Shown: positions 1 to 13,395 of the stretch, piece by piece
Position numbering within the stretch: position 1 is the first letter of the stretch
Layout of the letters: every line of letters begins with the position of its first letter
Assembly: GCA_038087875.1 (NCBI GenBank)
Contig: CM075990.1
Coordinates: forward strand, 11,038,001 to 11,102,000
Direction: 5' to 3'
Source: Malacoraja senta
Taxonomy: Eukaryota
Length of the DNA stretch: 64,000 nucleotides
Program-made: the position numbers and the translations under genes
The notes under the pieces: generated by a model
Told to the model about the DNA's origin: nothing
The model's database searches: none
Seen by the model: only the letters and a program-made list of their open reading frames with translations

Positions 1-1075
1 TGTTCTCTCCTCCATACTTTGTTCTTGCCATCACTCTGATATAAGTTAATCTTTGTCTCATCTGTCCACAAGACCTTTTTCCAGAACTGCAGTTGCTCTT
101 TTAAGTATTTCTTGGCAAACAGTAATCTGGCCATCCTATTTTTGCAGCTAACCAGTGGTTTGCATCTTGCAGTGTAGCCTCTGTATTTCTGTTCATGAAG
201 TCTTCTGTGGATAATGGTCATTGACAAATCCACACCTGACTCCTGAAGAGTGTTTCTGATCTGTCGGACAGGTGTTTGGGCATGTTTCTTTATTATAGGG
301 AGAATTCTTCTGTCATCAGCTGTGGAGGTCTTCCTTGGCCTGCCAGTCCCTTTGCAATTAGTAAGCTCACCAGTGCTCTCTTTCTTCTTAATGATGTTCA
401 AAACAGTTGATTTTGGTAAGCCTGAGGTTTGGCTGATATCTCTAACCGTTTTATTCTTGTTTCTCATGCTCATAATGGCTTATTTGACTTTCATTGGCAC
501 AACGTTGGTCCTCATGTTGATAAACAGCAATAAAAGTTTCCAAAGGTGATGGAAAGACTGGAGGAAAGACTAGATTCTGAGAGCTCTCTTATACCTGCAT
601 TAAGGAGGCATTTAAACACACCTGAGCAATTACAAACACCTGTGAAGCCATGTGTCCCAAACATTATGGTGCCTTGAAATGGGGGGGACTATGTATAAAC
701 ACAGCTGTAATTTCTACATCGTGATACCAAAATGTATAAAAATGGCATTTAATAAAATCTGACAATGAGCACTTTAACCACATGTGATTTTTTTCTATTA
801 CAAATCTTAAATTGTGTACAGAGGCAAATAAATAAATAACGGGTCTTTGTCCCAAACATTATGGAGGGCACACGCAAAATGCTGGAGCAACTCAGCGGGT
901 GAGGCAGCATTTATGGAGAGAAGGAATTGGCGACTTTTCGGGTCTCGACCCGAAACGCAGCCAAGTCCTGCTCTCCATAGATGCTGCCTTACCCGCTGAG
1001 TTACTCCAGCATTTATGTCCACCTTTGATTTTACCAGCATCTGCAGTTCTTTCTTAAACATTATAGAGGGCACTG
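1..1075 (-). mobile_element. Tc1/mariner transposon, partial copy cut by the window edge; same family as 46063..47673
   Basis: 1..~870 closely matches 46810..47670; minus strand encodes N-terminal Tc1 transposase; TIR ends ...gggcactg at 1075 followed by TA; TIR interrupted by a palindromic repeat at ~872..1060. Confidence 0.9.
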
Positions 1076-2884
1076 TAGCTCTGAATGGTTAAGGACAGGA
1101 GCGCTGAATGGTTAAGGACAGGAGAATTCTTTGCTATTAGGGAATTAGATGTGTTTTACCTCAAGCTGTCCAGGCGGGGGATGGAGGTGTTGAAGGGTTG
1201 CGGGTGACCATTTTGTAAGTGAGCAGTAGAAACAAGAAACTGCAGATGCTGGTTTACCAGAAAAGACACAAAGTGCTCGAGGAACTCAGCACGTCGAGTC
1301 GCTTCCCGAGAGTACGTGGATAGGTGACGTTTCGGATCATGCACCTTGAGAATTTAAGAATTGCCCAAAATATCGTGGGTCTGGAGTCGCAAATAGCTCA
1401 GATTGTCTAAGGACAGGAGAGTTCTATGCTGTTGGTTAACTGGATGTCTTTTTACCATAATCTGGTTGATTCAAGGTCACTTTTTGTGTTGTTCCAAAAT
1501 GACACCCATCTGTGATCTCCAGGAGTGCTACCTGACCCGCTGAGTTACTTCCAGCAGTTTGTGTCTTTTTTTTTGTAAATGAACAGGTTGGAACCAAGAA
1601 ACGGTGGAAGTGGTGCATGGCATCAGATGTGTTGTGCATGAAGGTGGTCAGAGACTGGGTGAGGGGAATAACAATGGAACCAAGAGATGGGGAAGTAGGT
1701 TCTGCAGCATAACATGAATCTGATACAATGGGTCTATCTGTTCATCTGATCGCAGTCATACCCCTTGTTCTACCCACCCTCCTCCACCACTGCAACTTAG
1801 AAATGTTCCCAGTTTGTGGAACATCAAAGCTGATGCTGTCTCCACTGCCAGCCCTACTGAATAATTCCAATATTTTATATTTCTGCATCAGATTTGCAGT
1901 GTCTGCATCCTTTGGTCTTTTGTTCACAGGAATTATAAAAACTTCAGAGGTTACGGAATTTGCAAAAGTAGAATAACATGTTATTGTGTAACGGGCATAA
2001 CTGGAGGGAGTGCAGTCCATTGTCCTTATGCAGCTGTTTAAAATCATTCTCTAATTTGGCCTAAGTATTATATTCTTTCCCCATAATCTCGTATGTAAGC
2101 AAAAACAAGCTCCTGGAGGAACTCCGAGGGTCTGGCAGAATCTGTGGAGGGAAATGGACAGATAACATTTCGGGTCAGGTTCCTTCGCAGTCAGAGTTTC
2201 TCCACCAGCTTATTTATTGATCACTGCTCCAGCACATGCAGTTTCTTGTGCCCCCATCCTCGTACAGCAGTTGTTTTCTGTATGTCTTATAATGTTTTCT
2301 ATAAATTTGCTGCTTTTCGCCATAAACCTTTTATATTAATTCAGTTATTATATATCTGTTCTCTGATTGCTGGTACATTTGTCACAAGAGAAGCTTGGCT
2401 CTTGCTTTTTCAAAATAACGTTGGTCACCTTTGGGTCTCCTAACTTTCTCCCCGAAAGTCGAGAACATTCCCAGCTTTAATACCTCCTCAACCTGAACTG
2501 CCTCATCCTCTGTATTACATTGAACTCTCACTGTAGACTCTCGTAAATCTCTTGAAATCATTGCTGAATATACAATGCCCGGAACTCAGCTGAACTTTCC
2601 TAATCAATGATTTGTAAAGATTTATTAAAAGTTTTGTAATCAATGGCTTGCTTTTGTTTTTCCTCCCTCACTTGCCCTGCCACCTTTATGTCTGGATCTC
2701 TCTGTCTTGAACCCTCTCAAAGTAGACTGCCTTGCCTCTCAACATTGCTTCTCCCAGGGTGCATCAATTCGTACTTACACTGCATCTTTCTTCTGCCTTC
2801 CCACTTCATAAGTCTTGTCTGTCCTTGTATTTTGTTATTAACATTCTGGTCTGCGATGCTCGCAAGCTTTGTCGCCCACAAACT

Positions 2885-3113
2885 TGTTTAGAGATACAAT
2901 GCGGAAACAGGCCCTGCAGCCCACTGAGTCCGCAATGACCAGCGATCCATGCACATTGGGAGGAAACCAACGATCTCAGAGAAACCCATGTGGTCATGGG
3001 GAGAACGTACAAACCCCGTACAGACAGCTCCCGTAGTCGGGATCGAACCCAAGTCTTTGGCGCTGCAAGCGTTGTAAGGGAGCAACTCTACCACTGCGCC
3101 ACTGTGCTGCCCT
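2885..3113 (-). mobile_element. tRNA-derived SINE (HE1/V-SINE-like)
   Basis: Minus strand: tRNA-like head ggcgcagtggtagagttgct...ggttcgatcc, central gttctccccatgaccacatgggtt, tail ccgcattgtatctctaaac; boundaries approximate. Confidence 0.75.
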
Positions 3114-4539
3114 GTTAGGCCATCCAGCAGCTGACACCCAGAGGGTGAAATTGGCTGTGTTAAATGTTCTCCTTTAACCTAAGCCCATATCATTTACTCA
3201 CATCTCTGATGTGGAAGAATGGATGATGTACTTGGCTAGTAGATGTACTCTTTTTATTAATTGCACAGTGTTGAATATAGCATGGTCATGTGCCTTTACT
3301 GTTGTATCAAAATAAAAGATGGGAAGTGACCTAATTGCAGAATCCTATATAATTGAAATAACTTCCCATTCAGAACTCCTTAGAGGGAAACAAATACAAA
3401 TCTGAAAAACCATGTAATGAAAAGAAATATTAAATTACGCTCAACTGTGTCTCCACATTAAAGTGTCCACCTAACACTGAAATGATTTCTGGCTCAGAAT
3501 CGGGTTTGCTTTTAACTTAAGAGCATCAGTACCTGACTGTGTGAACAAAAGGCTGATAGCAAAATCGCATCAAGAGCAAACACTTAGCATTAGCTGATTG
3601 AGATTCCTCTACCATTCAATGGGATTCATGGCAAATTTCTGACCTGTAAACAGCCAGCAATTTTTCCATATTTTTAATACTTTTGATAAAAATAATTTCA
3701 TACGCACACTTCAAAAACTGACATGACATCAATTGCTGTTTGTCGAAGAAACTTCTGCGCACAGAGGGTGGCAGATATTTAAGAATGTTTCCTGATTTCA
3801 CCCCTGAAAGAGCTACTTCTATTCTTTCAACTTAAATTCCTAGTCCAACACTCCAACTGGTGGAAGTAGATTCACTCTGTTTATTTCTTCAATCCCTCTT
3901 AATATCTTAAAAGTATCATCCTTTCTAAATTACTGAGAATGAACCCTCACATGTGTAATCTCCATTTTGCAGTTTAAGTCTTTCAATCTTGTATCATTAC
4001 TGTAAATCTATCTTGCTTGCCTCATGGCCAAAATATCCGCTCATATCATCTCCCTTATCAGGAGCATTGCATGTGGCCATTGTAACATTTCTACTTTGTG
4101 CACAAGCATTGAAAAGAATGGTCAGGGATGTTTCCATTAGGAAAGGAGGGCATTTGATTCACTTTGAGAATACAAAACTGTTTTCTCTGCCTGCACTCTC
4201 CTTGTAGACCTGTGTTTAGTTTGTATCCAACACTGGTCTCATTCTTTCCTTTGAAGTTGCTTTGGTCAGTTTAGAACACTTCCGATGGAGAAAACTTCCA
4301 AGCCCAAATAAAAATTAATTGGTGAGGAACATCGTGGTTGTGTTCTTCCTGTGTTGTAACTAAGGGGAACAAAGTACTTCTCAAAGAATAATGTAGTTTT
4401 TGATTTTATTGTTTGTTTTTCACAAGGGACTTTTATTATAATCCACTCACATCGGCATGGTGGGAATAAATGCGATTGTCTTGCTCAAAGCAGGAGCAGA
4501 AGATCGCTATCCCATCCAACACTCAAACATATGGGGGGT

Positions 4540-4775
4540 ACAGGCGCAGCGGTTGAGTTGCTGCCTTTCAGTGTCAGAGACCTGGGTTAGATCCTGACTA
4601 CAGATGCTGTCTGAAGAGTTTGGACTTTCTCCCTGCGACCTGCGTGTGTTTCCTCCCACGTTCCAAAGACGTACGGGTTTGTAGGTTTATTGGCTTTGGT
4701 GAAATTGTAAATTGCGAACTCGGTGGGTTGAAGGGTCTGTTTTCGCGCTATATCTCTAAACTAAACTAAAACTAA
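4540..4775 (+). mobile_element. tRNA-derived SINE (HE1/V-SINE-like)
   Basis: ggcgcagcggttgagttgctgcc...gggttagatcctgact head; ctctaaactaaactaaa tail. Confidence 0.75.
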
Positions 4776-5299
4776 GTAAGAGTTTATGGAGCAGTTTTTC
4801 CATTAGGCAGAGAGCACTGCGCTTCTGACTTGCGTCACATCCACTCAGTCTGTCAAAACACATTTCTTTCTGCACTCTGACCTTGGCTTGTGTCCAGCTG
4901 TGTCGTTGGTGCAGATTGAGATCTGGCCTGTTATTGAATGTTGATTTAGGCCAGGAAGCACTTCATTTTAATGATTGTTTTCTTAAAAAAAGATGTTAAA
5001 AATGCTTGATTGCTGAAGAGTGATATTTAAGCAGAAGCTTGCTTAAGTTACTTGCATGTAGATTTGTACTGCTGGAACTCAATGCAGATTTTTTTAAATT
5101 TTCTGTTCAATTTATTTTTAACTGTTCAAATAACTTCAGTTCTTTATAATTAATTGATTCTGGCAAAGCTTAGAGACAGCACAAGGAAAACTTACTTTAA
5201 TTGTAACAAAACATAATTGTTAGCAAAGAACGACTTACTTGCAGAGTGGTGTGTCCCTGGTATTAAATTTCAAAGGTTTTGTAGAGGTTATAATGAGTC

Positions 5300-6545
5300 C
5301 TAGTCATACAACACGGAAGTAGGCCTTTTGGCCCAGTTTGTCCTCGCTGACCAAGGGGCCCAATCTACATCAGTCCCACCTGCCTGCATTTGGCCCATAT
5401 CCCTCTAAACCTTTCCTGTCCATATACCTGTTCAACTGCCTTATAAATATCGTTATAGTTTCTGACTCAACTACCTTCTCCGGCCACTCATTCCATACAC
5501 CCACCACCCACTGTGTGAAAAGGTTGCTCCTCAGATATCTGTTAAATCTTTCCCCAGTCACCTTCAACCTATGTCTGGTTCTTGATTCCTTTACTCTGGG
5601 TAAAAGACTCCGTGCATCAACCCTATGTATTCCCCTCAAGATCTTATACACCTCTAGAAGATTACCTTTCATCCGCCTGTGCTCCACCGAATACAGTCTC
5701 AGCCTGCCAAACCTCCCTATAGCTCAGGCCCTGGCAACAAGCTTGTAAATTTTGTAGCTTAACAACATATTTCCTATAACAGGGTGACCCATCCCCAACA
5801 CAGTACTCCAACTGTGGCTTCATCACACATTGTACAGATGCAACATAACATCTTGCTATAGTCAAAACCTTGATTGATGAAGGCCAATGTGCCGAAAGTC
5901 TTCAGACTCACTGGCCTATAGTTGCCCTTCTTAAATAAAGGTACAATATTTTCAGCCGTCCAGTCTTCTGGCAGCTCACCTGTATTTAAAGATGACTTGT
6001 AAATCCCATCCAGGGCACCTGCAATCTCCTCTCTTGCTTCCAACAGTCTCCAAGGATATATCTGAGCATGCACGGGAGATTTGTCTACCTTCATATGCGT
6101 AAGGACATTCAGCACTTCATTGACCATAATGCTGACTGCCCTCAAGACACTTCCATTGACTGCCCCTAAGTCCCCAGTCCCCAAGTACTCATTGAGGACC
6201 TTGCCCATCTCCTGCAGCACCACATACAATAGATTGTGACCATAATACTGATACAGTAGATTGAGCTATTCTCTCGCTGGTTACTCTGCTTCCCCTTTAT
6301 GTACTTATAAAAACTCTTTGGATTATCCTTAATATTATCTGCCGGAGCTACCCCCTGTTCCACGTTTTGCTCTCTTGATTAACTTCATTAGCGTGCTCCT
6401 CAGTTCCCTTAATTCCTCCGGGGATACACTTGATCCTAGCTGCCCACACCTGTCCCAAACCCTTTTCTTGACCAGAGCCTCAGTTTCTCCCGTCATCCAA
6501 GCTTTCTTTTGCCCACCTGCGTGGCCCCTCACTCTTCACCCTTCA
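5300..6545 (-). mobile_element. CR1-type LINE, decayed 3' fragment
   Basis: Minus-strand ORFs with CR1 ORF2 motifs (KVDKSP, PEDW..NIVPLFKKGNYRPVSL, GNLLEVYKILRGIHRV, FTQWVVGVWN). Confidence 0.85.
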
Positions 6546-6621
6546 TTCACTGAGATGCAGGGAAGAGCGAACACCTGAATGAATCGGCACATTAAACACC
6601 CTTGTTGCCCTCCACCAACAG

Positions 6622-6769
6622 ATACAGAAGAAACTTGACAAAGCACTCAACGACCTGTCTTCAAGTGTCCTAACCCTAGAAGAAGGAATGACATACGTCA
6701 CGTCTTTACCGGCACATGGGCTGACGGAGTCTGATCTCCTCACCAAGATTAAAGAATACAGCACAATGG
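6622..6769 (+). CDS. SGPL1: Sphingosine-1-phosphate lyase 1, coding exon (about human exon 5)
   Basis: ag|ATA CAG AAG...ATG G|gtaagt; 148 bp; IQKKLDKALNDLSSSVLTLEEGMTYVTSLPAHGLTESDLLTKIKEYSTM resembles SGPL1. Confidence 0.9.
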
Positions 6770-6863
6770 GTAAGTTAACGTGATTGTTACTTGAAAGGAT
6801 TAAAAAATAATAATTTTTACTCTCTCACCTGAATGAAATAAGATAAGTTTTGTTCCTCGGGAT

Positions 6864-7170
6864 AGTTTTAGTTTTAGAGATACAGCAAGGAAACAGACGC
6901 TTCGGCCGACCGAGTCCGCGCTGACCAGCGAACCCTGTACACTAACACTATCTTGTACATTAGGGACAATTTACAATTTTTACTGAAGGCAAATTAACCT
7001 ACAAACCTGTACGTCTTTAGAGTGTGGGAGGAAACCAGAGCACCCAGGGAAAACCCACGCAGGTCACGGGGAAAACGTACAAACTCTGTACAGACAGCAC
7101 CCATAGTCAGGATCGAACCCGGGTCTCTGGCGCTGCAGGGGAACAACTCTACTGCTGCATCACCACGCCG
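6864..7170 (-). mobile_element. tRNA-derived SINE (HE1/V-SINE-like), near full length
   Basis: tRNA-like head, V-like core and ctctaaaac tail on the minus strand. Confidence 0.8.
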
Positions 7171-7911
7171 AGAGAAATCCATTCTGTTTCTCATGCTGAA
7201 AGCACTATATAATCACAGCTGTTCCTTGTATTCTGCTTCTGAAATTTGGTGGCACTAGCGTTCCATGTGCATATTTTTAGTGCATGTGGCTATGAACCCA
7301 TTTTATTTCACTCCATCATGTATCCAGAGGAAAAAATGTTTGTATTTGTATAACGCCTTTCAATATTCAGATGTGCTGGGGACACAACAGCCAGTGAAGT
7401 ATTTTTGAATTCACAAATGTAATAATGGAAGCATGGCAGCTGCTTATGGGAGTTTGCTGTGCACAAAATGCTAAGATCCAGAATCTGTTTCTTGGGGATA
7501 AATGGGAGCAGGATGCTGGGTAGAACCCCCCCCCCCCCCCCCCCGAGGGTCCATTGAGGTTTTAGTTCAAGGTCTCAGTAATTCCCTGTGGTTATTCCAT
7601 ATTAGCTTCTTGAATAAGGACACCCAGATCCTTCCACGTGGCAATGTTCTATGTCTCTTCTTTTTAACAACAATGCTTTTTTTTTTTAACAACTCTATTG
7701 TGTTCTTCATGCCACTGTGTAACCTCACATTTCCCCACACTTCTATCAGTTTAGCTGATTCATGCAATGTGTTGCTTTGCCTGCATTGACATCTCAGCTT
7801 TGTAGCATGCAGAGTTAATCGATCAGGGTTAAAATCCTGTCACGAGCAACAATACATTAATGTTGAGAGACGTTGGCCTGATCCACTTTCACCATGCTTT
7901 GTCTCTTGCAG

Positions 7912-7991
7912 GGGAAGTATGTTGGGAAAGGGGCCAAGTCTCTGGTACAGTGTACAGTGGCGAAGAACAACTCACAAAACTGATGGTGAAG
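7912..7991 (+). CDS. SGPL1: SGPL1 coding exon (about exon 6)
   Basis: cttgcag|GG GAA GTA...GTG AAG|gtagga; (G)EVCWERGQVSGTVYSGEEQLTKLMVK; phase matches the previous exon. Confidence 0.93.
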
Positions 7992-10974
7992 GTAGGAAAT
8001 GGCTCGATGTATCATAACAAATCGTCAGTACTGATCCTCCTGCCTCCGGTAACACTAATCCCTTCCCTCTGTTTCTGTTCAATGCTGGTATGACACCAGC
8101 CATGTGAGATAGATGAAAACCCCATCCCTGGCCCCAGCGCTATGTGGAAACCTGCTGCCTTGCAACAGATCCTGTAACTTAAGGTTGGCAGCAAGACTTG
8201 GGCATGACCATGCACGACTCGTTTGAGTGCAATAAATGGGAACAGCAGGAGGCTGTTCAATACCCTGCGGTGAACAGTAATCTTTTGCTTCAAGTCCATT
8301 TTTCTGCTCAATCACTATATCCCTCAAGAATGCACAAACAACAGTATAAGAGCAGGAACAGGCCATTCACCCCCTTAGATCTGCTCCTCAGTTGAATATG
8401 TTCACAGCTGATCTGCCCCAGGCTTCATCTCCTCCTCTCCCCCACAGACATCAATTACCCCAATCTTTTAAAAACGCACCCACTCGCTCTCTAAATACCC
8501 CAATGGTCCAACCTCCACTAACTCCTGGACCAGGGAATTGCAGAGATTATGGGAAGATCCTGTACATTTCAGTTTTAATTGACAGCCCCTGATCTCGTAA
8601 CCAGAGCACTTGTTTGAGGTTTCTCCGCATCTTAACATCTACCATGTCATGACTGCTCAGGATTGTGTACTTCAATATAAATACCCATCATTCTTTTAAA
8701 CCAATGAATTTTACTGTTTGTATGCCTCATCGTTACCCCCCCCCCCCCCCTCAGCCCTGAATGAACCATCCTACATTGTCTTGATCAACATCTGCTTTGA
8801 TCTGTCTATTTCACACCTTATGTTCTATTTGTACCCTTCCGTATCTCCTGTTTCCGTATCTCCTGTTTCCCTCTCCCCTGACTCGCAGTCTGAAGAAAGG
8901 TCTCGACCCAAAACGCCACCCATTCCTTCTCTCCAGAGATGCTGCCTGTCCCGCTGAGTTACTCCAGCATTTTGTGTCTATCCGTCCGAAACGAATATAG
9001 ATCTAATTTATTTTGCACTCGTGACTGGACAATCCTCGCACCCTCAGCTGAATGAATATTTTGGGAGCTGCCTCCAATGTCAGTGCATTCTTTCTATACT
9101 AGGGGACTGAAACTCAACACAGCACTCTTGAGTGTGGCTTCACTATTACCACCAGTACAATTGTTGCACTACATCTGTATTTCTAATCTCCATTCCTCTT
9201 GCAATAAAGGCCAGTGTGCTACTTGCCTCTGTAATCACTTGCTGCACCTTGCTTCTCTTACCTGAGAGTTGAGGCTTTGCCAGATCAGAAACTAAGACAC
9301 CATTGATTTCTTGAATACACGCAGTGACCAGGCATTAACAACAGTTTGTGAAGAAATCTCTCCTGATATTGATCTACAAGCTTGATCTGTGATCAGAGGC
9401 AACTTCACATAGTTATAGATTCCACCTGAGTGAAACAAACTCTTGATTCAGAATTTTGCTTCAGTGAGATCCTCTCAGACTTCACTGGAGAAAATTGTTG
9501 TTCACAGTCTCTTACCCTCTGACAGTGTATTCTTCCCTTCTATACATAAAATACCTTCCAAGTCGCAGGTATCAACTTAATAAATATCCACATAGAAGGT
9601 GGAAAATGTGTTTGACGTCCTGCTTGCCAACCATTTGATAGTTCAGGTGTGTTATCACCAAAATCATAAAATGCATTTACGATTTTTTTATTTAAAGGTA
9701 GTAGTCTTTATAATGAAGACAAGTAGGAGGTTAAGACTTTGCCAGCTGCCGTGTACTGAAGGAAAGTTCTAAACAACCTTAATGATCTGGTGAGGGCACG
9801 GTTCCTGGTTAAAGTTCCAGACCATGAGCAAGCACTATTACCTAATTGTTCACTGCTAAAGAGGAACTTAAATTGGCCGTAATCGCATTGTTGCATTTTT
9901 TTGTTTTAGCTGCTTACTCTGGTTTCTTTCCGCTTCTCAAAAACGTGCATGACGGTACGTTAATCTTACTTGTTCCCAGTATCTAGGTAACTTGTGGAAT
10001 CTAGGGGCAGTTAAGGAAAATGTGAGGAAAATAAAAAGTGATTCATTTATCATTTGTGTGAATGGATGGTTCACAGGATCATAAGAGATAGGAGCAGAAT
10101 CAGGCCATTCAATCATGGCTGATCTATCTCTCTCTTCCTAACCCCATTCGCCTTACTTCTCCCCATTACCTCTGACACCCGTACTAATCAAGAAACTATC
10201 TCTGCCTTAAATATATCCACTGACATGGCCTCCACAGCCTTCTGTGGCAAAGAATTTCACAGATTCACCACCCTCTGACTAAAGAAATACCTTCTCATCT
10301 CCTTTAAAATTCTGAGGCTATGACCTCTAGTCCTACACTCTCCCACTAGTGGAAACATCTTCACATTCACTCTATCCAGGCCTTTCACTATGCTGAATGT
10401 TTAAAGTGAGGTCCCCCCTCATTCTTCTAAACTCCAGCGAGTGCAGGCCCAGTGCCGTCTAATGCTCATCATATGTGAGTGGATGGTTGCTGGTCGGCAC
10501 AGTCTGGTGGGCTGAAGAGCATGTCCTTCCATCTCTGACTGCTGACCTGTATGTGGTAAAATCTCTCAGTGCAGCGGTGAATAGGTGTTGGGGCCTTGGA
10601 CTACAGTTTAGATCTGTTGGACCTTAGTGCCTTCTCTGGCTTTGGGATCATCCCGTATTGAAGACTTTAGCTGCAAAGTGACATTTCAATAAAAAAGAAA
10701 ATGATGAGGGACGCTCGACAGGTCTGGCAGCACTTACGGAATGTGAAACAGTGCTAACGTTTCAGATTGGGAAAGTTACGATAGTGGATCTCAGTTTTGT
10801 AAAGGAGATTGTTTCTCTTTTCGCAGATGCCGCCTGACCTGCTGGTGTTTCCCTCGTTTTTGTTTTTTGGTTTCCAGAATCCAGTTTTTAGTTCTGTTCA
10901 GTTTAGTTTATCGAGGTGCAGTGAAAAGCTCATCTTATTCCAATGCATTTCAACCCCACTCCTCTGTTCCCTAG

Positions 10975-11104
10975 GTCTATGGGGACTTTGCTTGGAGCAA
11001 TCCCCTCCACCCGGATATCTTCCCTGGAGTGCGAAAGATGGGAGGCGGAGGTTGTTCGGATGTCTTGCACACTCTTCCAAGGGGGACCTGACTCCTGCGG
11101 AACG
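10975..11104 (+). CDS. SGPL1: SGPL1 coding exon (about exon 7) with an apparent +1 frameshift
   Basis: cctag|GTC TAT GGG...GGA ACG|gtaggt; [22 protein letters not shown], then [21 protein letters not shown] in the +1 frame; 130 bp where both phase-0 ends require 129. Confidence 0.92.
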
Positions 11105-12590
11105 GTAGGTGGAACCAAAGTGTGCAGGGAATGACTCCTTGCCTGAGAAGCATTGGATGTGGAAGAAGGCTTTCAGAGCATTGAGTATAGAAATTGAGGC
11201 ATTATGTGAGAGTTGTACAAGATGTTGGTGAGGCCGCAATTGGAACCTGAAGAATGGTCCTGGTCCAAACCTGAAACGTCACTGATTCATGTTCTCCAGA
11301 AATGCTGCCTGACCTGCAGAGTTACTTTAGCACTTTGTGTCCTTTTGAATAAATCAACATCTGCAGTTCTTTTGTCTCTACAATGGAATACAGTGTTCAG
11401 TTTTGGTCACCCTCCCATTGGAAAGATGCCCATCAAGCTGGAAAGAGTGCAGAGAAATTTTACAAAGGTGTTATCAGGACTCGAGTGAGTTCTAGGGAGA
11501 GGTTGGGCAGGCTAGCACTTTATTGGTTGGAGAACAGGCTACTGTAGGATGATCTTATAGAAGTATATAAAACCATATTGGGGCATAGATAGGATGAATA
11601 TTTTTTTTGTTCGTCCAGGGTTAGGGAATCAAGAACTAGAGGTGAGAGGGTAAGTTTTAATTGGGACCTGAGGGGCAACTGTTTCACAAAGTGGGTGGTA
11701 CATATATGGAACGAGCTGCCAGATGAAGTGGTTGTGGCAGGTGTAAGTAGAATGATTTAAAGACATTTGGACAGATACATGGATGGGAAAGGTTCAGAGG
11801 CAAGTGGGATTAGTTTAGATAGGCACTTGGTCGGCATGGAAAAGTAGGCCAAAGGGTCTGTTTCTTGCTGTAGGAAATGTCTGGGGCATGCTGTTCTTTG
11901 AGCCTGTTTTGCCCCTCACCAAACTGATGATTGTTACCAACAGCTTGGCATGTCGGGAGATGAGGACAGGCTGTGGGTGGTGGCTGGTTGGTTTTGAATA
12001 TAAAGTCACAGAATAACAGGTGGTAGACCTGGTGAACAGCTATGACTAACCAAAGTGCTGATATTTAGCCATAGGGAGCTGGCGGCTATCTGCATTATGC
12101 AGGTCAACTTTGGCACAAGTGACTGCATATTCTGCCACAGGGTAGAGGAGCCTCAGGAGATCAGTCCTTGGAGACCATACATTCTGTGTATTAGCCTTAA
12201 CGTGTAACAAAACAGCCCATTCATTTGAATGGGGTTGCTGATCTTGATTTGAAAAGGTAAACGATTTTGCTCAATTTTCGTCATATAACTTTGTTTTTAT
12301 GTGATTTTCAGTACCTTTTGGTCATTTTCATTTATTTAAATTTATTTTGTCTGATTATCAGAGACTTTTATTAAAGTGCAAAGTATTAAAATGCTTTTGA
12401 CAACAATGAACAATGACAACCATTGAGGCCTATCAGGAGCTGGGATCACTGGATCTGCCATTGTGGGGCCCAGTTGCTGTTTGGGCTTGCTCTTCCTCAC
12501 CTCGTTCCTGCTTGGCATGTACATGTAGGGTGAGTGCGAGTGAGTTTGGTCAGATCGAGCGCAATTGGCCCATTCTCAGAAATAAAGATA

Positions 12591-13395
12591 CAGGTCCATC
12601 ACTGATTTTTCTGGCAACTGATGGTCCAGCACCACCTTCTATCCGGGCAAAATTACGAGAGCGCATTTGAAATCCGTTCCCCCCCCCCCTTCCCACCCCC
12701 AAAAAGTGGCATCAAGGCTGGTTGAGGCGGCCAAACTCAAGGATCTCATCGGGACTTCCATGGCCAGGCTTTCAATCGGTGGGTCAAATTTGCCCCCTGT
12801 GGCCAGTTCTTGGAACTCTGGCCCAGCTGGAGGTAACGGATCCATTCCCATAGATGACTTCTGAGAGTTGGTATGCCCCATTTGCGTGATGCTTACAAAA
12901 ACTATTTGTTTTTCTCTTTTCCCTCTTTCTCTTTCTTCTTCTTTTCTAGGGTCTATTTCTTAACTCTTTTTCTTTTGTTTTTAATTTTGTTCTTATAGGG
13001 TCTTCGTTCTTTCTTGTTGTCACGTTTTCTACACTTTCACCTTTTCCTTCACTTTCTTCTTTCTCTCAATCTCATCCTTTCCCTTTACTAGTGTAAAAAA
13101 CAAACAGAGTACATTAATTGTAAGAAGATATATGTGACGAGAACTAATGTATGTGGTTGTAACGTAATGTACTTCTAATAAATTAAAAAAATAATAATAA
13201 TAAAAAAAAAAAAAAAAAAAAGATAAATTCTGAGCCGACCGTTGGGCGGGTATCTTGTCCCCCCCGGCAACTTAGGTGGACCTTTCCAGTACCGTTCGAC
13301 GACTGTTATTGACCGTGACCTCTGGTGGTCCGGCAAAATGGATAATCTGGCAAAGCTCTGGAACCAAGGATGCCGAAAAATCGGTGGTGGACCTG
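12591..13395. mobile_element. TcMar/Tigger-like non-autonomous DNA transposon with a nested L1 3' fragment
   Basis: TA|caggtccatcactgatttttctggca ... tgccgaaaaatcggtggtggacctg|TA imperfect TIRs. Confidence 0.65.
12895..13221 (+). mobile_element. Short 3' fragment of an L1-family LINE with poly(A)
   Basis: T-rich sequence sharing ttttctagggtctattt and gtacttcta with the L1 3' UTR at 26200..26460; ends in an A-run at ~13202..13221; 5' boundary approximate. Confidence 0.65.

Noticed and set aside
1..6621. Upstream SGPL1 exons (N-terminus and transmembrane region)
   Set aside because: No matching exon found by eye; presumably upstream of the window
7525..7545. Long poly-C/poly-G runs here and elsewhere as G-quadruplex signals
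   Set aside because: Simple homopolymers, often inside repeats, with unreliable assembled length
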